This document shows, in pieces, positions 25,010 to 32,106 of a stretch of 37,229 nucleotides of DNA (position 1 is the stretch's first letter; each line of letters opens with the position of its first letter). The translations under genes were made by a program, and so were the position numbers. Source of the DNA: a bacterium (lineage in GTDB: Bacteria; JAMCPX01). The notes below the pieces were generated by a model. That model had not been told where the DNA came from. It made no database searches and saw nothing but the letters and a program-made list of their open reading frames with translations. The stretch is taken from contig JAJYLM010000002.1 of the NCBI GenBank assembly GCA_021787655.1, positions 1 to 37,229 of the forward strand. The letters are read 5' to 3'.

Positions 25010-25951
25010 TTATTCGCCTTCGTGCAGCGATGTACCGGTAACAGCGAGAAACGCATCTTCAAGGTTCGGGGGTCTGCGGACCGGATACAGGGTCGGATAC
25101 AGCCCGGAGAGCTTCGTATGGATCGCAATGGCGTCTTCGAAGCGCTCCGGTATAATGAGCCCGAACGTGCTGGAAAACTCGTGCCTGAACCTGAATGCAC
25201 TGAGACTGCCGAGGATGCCGTTGAAATCGACATGGTCGCTGAATTTGACCTCGATGACATCCGTGGGATAGTGCGATGCCACGATATGCCGCGGTGTATC
25301 AATGGCGATGATGGTCCCGTTGTGCATGATCATGACCCGGTCGCAGAGCCTGGTCACCTCTTCCATGTAGTGCGTGGTCAGCAGGATGGTAATACCCCGT
25401 TCCTTGATCTGCAGCAGCTTGTCCCATGTGTTATGACGGACCTGGGGATCGAGGCCGGTGGTCGGCTCATCGAGGATCAGGAGCAGGGGATCGTTGATGA
25501 GGCCGCGTGCGAGCGTGAGACGCCTGCGCATGCCGCCGGAAAGCTCCATGACGTTGTAGTCCCGGAACGGCACGAGGTCGAAGAACCCGAGCAGCTCCTG
25601 TATCTTCTGCTTTGAATGGACGCCGAAATATCCGGCATAGATCTGCAGGTTTTCATAAACGCTGAGGTCGGGATCGAGGCTGTCCTCCTGGGGAACGACC
25701 CCCATGGACTTCCGGATGTCCCGGTCGCGGCTCCTTGCATCTTTGCCAAGGACGAACAGATCGCCGCTGTCAATGATGCACTTGCCGGTGATCATGTTCA
25801 CGGTCGTGGTCTTGCCGGCGCCATTGGGCCCGACGATGCCGAACACCTCGCCCCGGTTAACCGAGAAACTGATCCCGTTCACAGCGACGTGGTCGTCGTA
25901 GCGTTTCAGCAATTCCTTTGCCGTGATCAATGCGTCTGCTGGTCCTGTCAT
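25010..25951 (-). CDS. ABC transporter ATP-binding protein (ABC-2/DrrA-NodI-like)
   Basis: Walker A GPNGAGKTT, signature LSGGMRRRL, Walker B LLILDEPT, H-loop TTHYMEE, and a ~90-aa C-terminal domain typical of the ABC-2 ATPases. Confidence 0.9.
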   Translation of the reverse strand: MTGPADALITAKELLKRYDDHVAVNGISFSVNRGEVFGIVGPNGAGKTTTVNMITGKCIIDSGDLFVLGKDARSRDRDIRKSMGVVPQEDSLDPDLSVYENLQIYAGYFGVHSKQKIQELLGFFDLVPFRDYNVMELSGGMRRRLTLARGLINDPLLLILDEPTTGLDPQVRHNTWDKLLQIKERGITILLTTHYMEEVTRLCDRVMIMHNGTIIAIDTPRHIVASHYPTDVIEVKFSDHVDFNGILGSLSAFRFRHEFSSTFGLIIPERFEDAIAIHTKLSGLYPTLYPVRRPPNLEDAFLAVTGTSLHEGE

Positions 25952-26274
25952 AATCGTGCCGTCCCGTACTGGTTTTGGTTATCCATGTATTTGATCCGTC
26001 ATCGTCATTCGTTCTTGTTTATTTTTATCAGATCGTGGTTGAACTGTCTGACCTTCATTCATTTTGTTGAACACCGTGAATGAAATTTTCCTGACTGTTC
26101 TCTACCATTATCTTATACTGTTATGCAAATGTATCCGGTGTAAGCGTTCTGATGGTCTTTTAAACGATACCATGTTTGAAATAATACCCATCGAACATCC
26201 AACGGCTCTTGTGCCTTATGGCTTGGGTAATACTGTTGTTGATTTCAGGCTTTTTTAGCTTCTCATTCTTAGCA

Positions 26275-26391
26275 TGCAACGAATTGAAATGAATCTGACA
26301 AGAATAATTACACTGCAACGAATGTTTGCAACAGACTGTAAAATAATGACTTTAAAAACTGATTCGTGTCATTCCTGTCAGATTCGTTGCA
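26275..26391. repeat. Direct and inverted copies of TGCAACGAAT / AATCTGACA in the AT-rich spacer
   Basis: TGCAACGAAT occurs at 26275-26284 and 26314-26323. TGTCAGATTCGTTGCA (26376-26391) is the reverse complement of TGCAAC...GAATCTGACA (26275-26300), except that the left arm carries a 10-nt insertion. Confidence 0.7.
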
Positions 26392-26414
26392 CATTCTTCG
26401 CACATTCATTGCAC
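26389..26414 (+). repeat. 11-nt phased tandem repeat GCACATTCTTC / GCACATTCATT / GCAC
   Basis: Read directly. The GCAC(ATTC) units start at 26389, 26400 and 26411, about one helical turn apart. Confidence 0.65.
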
Positions 26415-26529
26415 CCCCCTGCTTTGTGACCTCAAATAATGGCTGAGACCATCATCGTAGATACTTTATCCACCCCGGCTCATCGCTATTGCTTGATAGG
26501 ACGGTACAAAGGGGATAGGAGCATAGGGT

Positions 26530-27318
26530 ATGAAGGTAAAGATCTATCAGGTCGACGCATTTACAGACACCTTGTTTTCCGGCAACCCGGCAGCGGTCTG
26601 CCCTCTGCAAGAGCGGTGGCTGGAGGATGCAACCATGCAGAAGATCGCCTTCGAGAACAACCTTTCTGAAACCGCATTCTACCTGCGAAACAACAATCAG
26701 CTCCATATCCGGTGGTTCACGCCTTCCATGGAGGTTGACCTGTGCGGGCATGCGACGCTTGCGTCCGCGCACGTGCTGTTCAACCACGAGCAGTATGGCA
26801 ACAGCGTCATACAGTTCAATTCCAGGAGCGGCATCCTGACCGTGAAAAAAGATAACGGGTTCCTGGCCATGGATTTTCCGGCAGACACCATCGGAACAGC
26901 CGGCATGACAGAGAACATCAGGTCCTGCTTCGATATCCAGCCTCAGGAGCTGTACAGGGGCAAAACCGATTACATGCTGGTATACGGGAACGAAGAGCAG
27001 ATAAAAAACATCCGCTGCAATCTTGCGAACATCGCTCAGATAAAGGCACGCGGAATCATCATAACGGCACCGGGGAATGAGTGCGATTTCGTATCACGCT
27101 TCTTCGCACCACAAGCCGGTGTCGATGAAGACCCTGTGACCGGGTCCGCGCATACCACGCTTACACCCTACTGGAGCAAGCGATTGAACAAGGTCGAACT
27201 GCGGGCAATTCAGCTGTCCGGACGCAGGGGCTTCCTGCGCTGCAGGAACAAAGGCGGAAGGGTCGAAATATCCGGCAATGCCGTAACCTACATGACCGGC
27301 GAAATTAGCATACTGTAA
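26530..27318 (+). CDS. PhzF-family (phenazine biosynthesis-like / YddE-like) isomerase
   Basis: MKVKIYQVDAFTDTLFSGNPAAVCPL, NLSETAF (catalytic Glu motif), CGHATLA and DPVTGSAH are classic PhzF-family blocks. 262 aa. Confidence 0.9.
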   Translation: MKVKIYQVDAFTDTLFSGNPAAVCPLQERWLEDATMQKIAFENNLSETAFYLRNNNQLHIRWFTPSMEVDLCGHATLASAHVLFNHEQYGNSVIQFNSRSGILTVKKDNGFLAMDFPADTIGTAGMTENIRSCFDIQPQELYRGKTDYMLVYGNEEQIKNIRCNLANIAQIKARGIIITAPGNECDFVSRFFAPQAGVDEDPVTGSAHTTLTPYWSKRLNKVELRAIQLSGRRGFLRCRNKGGRVEISGNAVTYMTGEISIL

Positions 27319-27334
27319 GAGAATATATTATACT

Positions 27335-27353
27335 CCTCTCCTGTTAGGAGAGG
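27335..27353 (+). other. Hairpin 17 nt after the PhzF-family stop codon (7-bp stem, no U-tract)
   Basis: CCTCTCC (27335-27341), loop TGTTA, GGAGAGG (27347-27353). Confidence 0.4.
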
Positions 27354-27392
27354 CCGGGTGAGGTCTCAGCTTTCTGATATCCTTCTGTGTTA

Positions 27393-27413
27393 TCCCCCTT
27401 ATGGTAAGGGGGA
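27393..27413. other. Strong 9-bp hairpin in the convergent spacer
   Basis: TCCCCCTTA (27393-27401), loop TGG, TAAGGGGGA (27405-27413). Confidence 0.5.
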
Positions 27414-27584
27414 CGAAAGGGAGTTATGAATTTTCCGATTCACCAATGTCCACGGTCAGGGACTTACCCCCATTTTTCTTCCCTGTACACAAACACTCCC
27501 TTGAAAAAGACATGCCTCTCGCAAGAGATGTCATGCCTCTCAACCGCACACTTTCTGCAAGCGATTTATCAAATACAATAGTAT

Positions 27585-27608
27585 CCCCGCTCTATGGCGG
27601 GGATTTCT
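27585..27608. terminator. Possible bidirectional terminator-like hairpin
   Basis: CCCCGC (27585-27590), loop TCTATG, GCGGGG (27597-27602), followed by ATTTCT on the plus strand. On the minus strand, moderately T-rich sequence follows it. Confidence 0.3.
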
Positions 27609-27698
27609 GACGGACTACTATTTGCTACTGCTTGATGAGCCGGACATTACCGCTCATATTTGTACAATGTAGGGTAAACCGGTACCCTGCGCTCTGAG

Positions 27699-27974
27699 CT
27701 AATATCCGCTCGGACACGCGTAGTTTGATCCCGTGCTCACCTTACAGGTGAAGCAGTTACCCGCACTAACACATGCGCTATAAGAAGTGTAGCATTGCCC
27801 CTGTGTAAGCGAAGCATATCCATAGCCGGACGGGCAGCAACCCGCCTGTCCGCAGCAAAGCGGATATGCCTGACTACATACCTTGGTGCTGTTGTTACTG
27901 TTGTCACTGCCACAGCCCGCCATAAACCCGAGCATTACGGTAACAAATAACAATATGACTGTGTGTTTTTTCAT
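27699..27974 (-). CDS. Small (91 aa) cysteine-rich predicted lipoprotein of unknown function
   Basis: The SD AAGGAGAA lies 7 nt before the ATG. The signal peptide MKKHTVILLFVTVMLGFMAGC ends in a lipobox-like motif. The mature 71 aa contain 12 Cys. The motif CPSGY occurs twice (CCPSGYGY and the C-terminal ACPSGY*). Confidence 0.7.
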   Translation of the reverse strand: MKKHTVILLFVTVMLGFMAGCGSDNSNNSTKVCSQAYPLCCGQAGCCPSGYGYASLTQGQCYTSYSACVSAGNCFTCKVSTGSNYACPSGY

Positions 27975-28285
27975 TTTACGTTTCTCCTTTTCTTTTACTG
28001 TTGAGTATATATTTCAGAATAATTCCTGATAGCCGTATTCCGCTGTCGATCCAGGGATTTCATCGAACTCCGGAGCAATCGCAATAACAAGCCACAACTA
28101 CATTCGCCATCAAAGATGGCATAACTCCTTGGCCACTATGATGTTGTTTTTTATAGCATCGATGGCAGCTGCCGTCAACAGGTTTAGAGGACCGAATTAT
28201 TTATCTTTATGTTTCTTGCCTTTTCATTGCGACCTTTTGCTTTTTTCGGAGCAATGTACTATTTATGAAGTGCGGAGGTGGTGTT

Positions 28286-30109
28286 ATGGAACAGTCAATC
28301 GTATCACTGTTTTACCAGAGAGCGACACTCCATCCTGAAAAACTTGCCCTGCTCTGGAACAAGAAAGGCGACTGGCAGCACATTCCATGGAAAGAATACC
28401 GGGAGCACGTCACCAACGCTGCCCGCGGCTTGTTTGCCCTCGGATTCATGCCCGGTGACCGGGCGAACATCATCGGCACCAACAGGCCGGAATGGTTCTA
28501 CTCGGATCTCGCCATCCTCAGCAACGGCGGCATCTCCGTTCCCGTCTACCAGACCAACACGGCACAGCAGATCCAGTACATCGCACATCACAGCGAAGCG
28601 TCCTTCATCTTCCTCGAAAACAGCACGCAGCTCGCCAAGGTCCTTTCCGTGCGTCCGCAGTTGCCCTCGCTGAAGAAGATCATCCTTTGGGAGAGCACGG
28701 ACAGCACCGGCGATCCCCAGGTCATGACCTTCGACCAGCTCGAGAGCCTCGGTGAGAAAGCGCAGGCTGAACACTCCGGTGCCGTCGAAAAGAGGATAAA
28801 GGACATCCAGCCCGGCAGCACCGCAACCATCGTGTATACCTCCGGGACCACCGGGCCCCCCAAAGGAGCCATGCTGTCGCACAGCAATCTCGTCTGGACA
28901 TGCGATGCCCTGACAAAGGCGAACGCTTACTTCGACACAGACATGTATATGAGCTACCTTCCGCTGTCTCATATAGCGGAACGGATCGGGATCTATTATT
29001 CCTCCATCTTCACGGACGGGACTGTGGGTATCCCCGAGAGCCTCGAACGGCTCGCCGCTGATATCAAAATTATCCAGCCGCACGTCATGTTCGCAGTTCC
29101 CCGGGTCATGGAGAAGTTCTATGCAGGGATCAAGGCAGCCTTCTCCCAGGCCCAGGGTGTCAAGAAACGGATTATCGGGTTTGCCGTCGATACCGGCAAC
29201 CAGTGGGTGAAACACCTCGAGAACGCACCGCAGGGCGCACCGCCTCCGGTCCTCCTGCGCCTCAAGAGGGCCATTGCTGATAAGCTTGTCTATTCGAAAC
29301 TCAAGCATGAACTTGGTTTTTCCCGCGGCAGGCTGCTCATTGCAGGCGGAGCACCGGTCCCGCCCGAAATCCTGCGGTTCTTCCATTCCATCAACATCCC
29401 CTTGTGCGTTGTGTACGGACAGACCGAGGTGACAGGCCCGACCTCGATCCATGAACACGGGCATATCAGGTTCGAAACGACAGGCCCTGCAGTCCCCGGG
29501 GTGGAGGTGCGCATCGCCGCTGACCACGAGATACTGGTCAGGGGAGGCAACGTGTTCATGGGATACTTCAAGAACCCCGAAGCAACGAGGGAGACGCTGA
29601 AGGACGGGTGGCTTTATTCCGGGGACATCGGGGTACTCGGCACGGACGGACACCTGCGGGTAACGGACCGGAAGAAGGACCTCATCATAACTTCGGGCGG
29701 AAAGAACATAGCACCGTCAAACCTCGAGAGCATGCTGAAATCCAACCCGCTGATAAGCCAGGCAGTCGTCATCGGAGACCGCCGTCCGTTCCTCACGGCA
29801 ATCATCACCCTGAACCAGGAGAACCTCCAGAAATTCGCCCAAGAAAAGGGGATCGCAAAAAGCAGTGGATCCGGCCTTGAAAAAGCACCGGAGGTCAACG
29901 CGGCCATCTCCGGTTTTGTTGCCAAGGTCAACAGCGAACTGGCGCAGTATGAGACAATAAAAAAATTCACCATACTCGATCACGACTTCACCCAGGATGC
30001 CGACGAGCTGACCCCCACCCTCAAGGTGAAGCGCAAGGTCGTCAATGAGAAATACGCAGGCATCATCGAGGCAATGTACAGCAGGGACGGGGAAGGATCC
30101 AGAGCCTGA
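28286..30109 (+). CDS. Long-chain acyl-CoA synthetase (AMP-forming; FadD/FACS-like)
   Basis: GGAGGTGG at 28274-28281 precedes ATG 28286. AMP-binding motifs are IVYTSGTTGPPKGAMLSH, YGQTE, SGDIG and DRKKDLIITSGGKNIAP. 607 aa. Confidence 0.9.
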   Translation: MEQSIVSLFYQRATLHPEKLALLWNKKGDWQHIPWKEYREHVTNAARGLFALGFMPGDRANIIGTNRPEWFYSDLAILSNGGISVPVYQTNTAQQIQYIAHHSEASFIFLENSTQLAKVLSVRPQLPSLKKIILWESTDSTGDPQVMTFDQLESLGEKAQAEHSGAVEKRIKDIQPGSTATIVYTSGTTGPPKGAMLSHSNLVWTCDALTKANAYFDTDMYMSYLPLSHIAERIGIYYSSIFTDGTVGIPESLERLAADIKIIQPHVMFAVPRVMEKFYAGIKAAFSQAQGVKKRIIGFAVDTGNQWVKHLENAPQGAPPPVLLRLKRAIADKLVYSKLKHELGFSRGRLLIAGGAPVPPEILRFFHSINIPLCVVYGQTEVTGPTSIHEHGHIRFETTGPAVPGVEVRIAADHEILVRGGNVFMGYFKNPEATRETLKDGWLYSGDIGVLGTDGHLRVTDRKKDLIITSGGKNIAPSNLESMLKSNPLISQAVVIGDRRPFLTAIITLNQENLQKFAQEKGIAKSSGSGLEKAPEVNAAISGFVAKVNSELAQYETIKKFTILDHDFTQDADELTPTLKVKRKVVNEKYAGIIEAMYSRDGEGSRA

Positions 30110-30754
30110 TTACAGCGGCAGACCCAGTTCCTTGATGCCGGGGACCAGCTTGTGCTCGCCGGAAAGCTCCGCAAGAACAAGCAGTGTATGCAGCCTGCCC
30201 AGTCCTGCCATACGGGCAAGCCTGGCCGATGTCGGCCGTACCCTGATGACAACAGACGATTTCCGGTGGCTGCCGATCCTGCCGGCGAGTACCTTCAGTG
30301 CCTCTTCGATCCTCATCTTCGGCGTCTTGAACACGAGCGTTTCCGGATGCACCGGAATAATAATCCTTTTCCTGAGGATACCTTTGGAAAAGCCAAGTTG
30401 AACGCTTTCCGAACCCTTTGCCACGGCGAGCATGCCTTCGAGAGTCAGTTCCACGAGCTGGGTATCTTTCACGGCCGTCAGCACAGCGTGCGAAGCCTGT
30501 CCCGAATTCAGGCTTCCGAAACACTCACCGGCGAGCAGGGAGATCAATCCGAGCGATGGTGCCGGCTGCTGTGCGGACCGGACGGTAAAATCGCACCTCA
30601 CTTCGCCGGACACGATGATGTAACCCTGGTTGCCGCCCAGTTCCACCGTGACCGGTGTCCCGGCCCTGAAGGCTAACCGCTTTGCCGCAGCGCTCCCGCC
30701 CTTGTGCTGTTCGAGCCCGCGCGACAGGTTGTATCCGCTGACGTACCAGAACAT
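30110..30754 (-). CDS. Crp/Fnr-family transcriptional regulator (cNMP-binding-like barrel plus C-terminal HTH)
   Basis: The barrel region GYIIVSGEVRCDF...LLAGECFGSL...AVLTAVKDTQLVELTLEGM resembles a cNMP-binding domain. The C-terminal PTSARLARMAGLGRLHTLLVLAELSGEHKLV resembles the Crp HTH. The ATG shares one base with the upstream response-regulator stop (TGATG). Confidence 0.55.
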   Translation of the reverse strand: MFWYVSGYNLSRGLEQHKGGSAAAKRLAFRAGTPVTVELGGNQGYIIVSGEVRCDFTVRSAQQPAPSLGLISLLAGECFGSLNSGQASHAVLTAVKDTQLVELTLEGMLAVAKGSESVQLGFSKGILRKRIIIPVHPETLVFKTPKMRIEEALKVLAGRIGSHRKSSVVIRVRPTSARLARMAGLGRLHTLLVLAELSGEHKLVPGIKELGLPL

Positions 30755-32106
30755 CAGACCTCTCTCCCGATGCCGAGCAGTTTCATCTTCCGGGAAAGGT
30801 TCTCCCGTGAAATGCCGATCTTGACCGCCGTCTTGGTGATATTCCAGCTGTTTTCCCTGAGCATGCGGACAATGTAATCCTTTTCAAACGCGTTCTTTGC
30901 CGAATGGAGCTTTTCGTCAACCGGGGCATCGTCCGTGCGCCGGTACGAACGGATCTCCATGGGCAGGTCTTCGAGATCGATGACATCACCCTCGACCAGA
31001 ACGAAGAGCCGTTCCATGAGGTTTTTGAGTTCCCGGACATTGCCCTTCCACACGTATGAGGTCAGCGCGCCAAGCGCTGCCGGCGTGATCCGTTTCCGCT
31101 GCCGGTTGATCATGTTCTTTTCGTTCAGGAAATACTCGGCAAGGACCGGAATGTCCTCTTTCCGTTCCCGCAGCGGGGCAATGTGCAGCGGGATGACGTT
31201 CAACCGGTAGTACAGGTCTTCACGGAACCTGCCGTCCCGTATCTCGTCCCGGATGATCTTATTGGTTGCCGCAACGACGCGGATATCGATATCGATGGGT
31301 TCGTTTCCCCCGATCCGGGTGAACCGGCCCTCTTCCAGTGTCCTGAGCAGTTTCGCCTGCATGCGGATGCTCATGTCCCCGACCTCGTCGAGAAACAGTG
31401 TGCCGCGGTGCGCAAGCTCGAGCTTGCCGATCCGCCGTTTGTCGGCACCGGTAAAGGCGCCTTTCTCGTGTCCGAACAGCTCGCTCTCCATGAGCTCCTC
31501 GGGAATAGCAGCACAGTTGACGTCGATGAAGGGCATGGTCGATCGGGTGCTGAGCCGGTGAATGGCGTTCGCGACCAGCTCTTTGCCCGTGCCGTTCTCG
31601 CCGGTGATCAACACCCAGCTGTCTGACGGAGCGACAATCGCTATCTTGCGTTTGAGGTCTTCCATCGCATGCGACGTACTGATGATCTCGTATTTCTTCC
31701 CGATGGTCACCCTGAGCTGCCGGTTCTCCTGCTGCAGGTTGAAGACCTTGAGCCCGTTGCTGATGGTAATCAGGAGCTTATCTGCAGACAGGGGCTTTTC
31801 AATGAAATCGTATGCACCCATCTTGATGGTTTTGACCGCCGTGTCGATGGTCCCGTGCCCGGAGATCATAATCACGATCGTGTCGGTGTACTGTTCCCGG
31901 ATTTTCTTCAGCACCTCGATACCGTCCATCTGCGGCAGCCAAATGTCGAGCAGGACGACCTGGGGCTCGAAGCTTTTCATCGCCGCCAGCGCTTCAAACC
32001 CGTCCTTCGCGAGCCGGACAGTGTAATGTTCGTCGTTCAGAATGCCGGCTATTGCCGAACGGATATAGTCTTCGTCATCGACGACAAGTACCGTATTATT
32101 ACTCAT
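30754..32106 (-). CDS. Sigma-54-dependent response regulator (NtrC/NtrX family: REC - AAA+ - Fis-type HTH)
   Basis: REC domain with VVLLDIWLPQMDG, Walker A GENGTGKE, GAFTGA loop (EKGAFTGA), Walker B FLDEVGDM, and a C-terminal HTH NITKTAVKIGISRENLSRKMK. Confidence 0.9.
   Translation of the reverse strand: MSNNTVLVVDDEDYIRSAIAGILNDEHYTVRLAKDGFEALAAMKSFEPQVVLLDIWLPQMDGIEVLKKIREQYTDTIVIMISGHGTIDTAVKTIKMGAYDFIEKPLSADKLLITISNGLKVFNLQQENRQLRVTIGKKYEIISTSHAMEDLKRKIAIVAPSDSWVLITGENGTGKELVANAIHRLSTRSTMPFIDVNCAAIPEELMESELFGHEKGAFTGADKRRIGKLELAHRGTLFLDEVGDMSIRMQAKLLRTLEEGRFTRIGGNEPIDIDIRVVAATNKIIRDEIRDGRFREDLYYRLNVIPLHIAPLRERKEDIPVLAEYFLNEKNMINRQRKRITPAALGALTSYVWKGNVRELKNLMERLFVLVEGDVIDLEDLPMEIRSYRRTDDAPVDEKLHSAKNAFEKDYIVRMLRENSWNITKTAVKIGISRENLSRKMKLLGIGREV

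Noticed and set aside
26064-26669. Small ORFs 26064..26258 (64 aa) and 26439..26669 (76 aa) in the AT-rich spacer
   Set aside because: Neither has an SD, and the second overlaps the well-supported PhzF-family start. The composition simply reflects AT-rich non-coding DNA.
27401-27610. 69-aa ORF in the PhzF / Cys-rich-gene spacer
   Set aside because: There is no SD. The ATG lies inside the 9-bp hairpin at 27393-27413, and the sequence has no features.
28118-28136. Possible sigma-54 promoter TGGCAT-aactcc-TTGGC upstream of the acyl-CoA synthetase gene, and TGGCTT-gtta-TTGCG on the other strand near 28085-28100
   Set aside because: The spacing between the GG and GC dinucleotides is off by one in both cases (13 and 11 instead of 12), and the -12 element is imperfect. 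This is not good enough to call without a scoring matrix.
28304-29653. 449-aa ORF antisense to the acyl-CoA synthetase gene
   Set aside because: It is a shadow frame of a gene with clear AMP-binding motifs, and it has no independent motif or SD.
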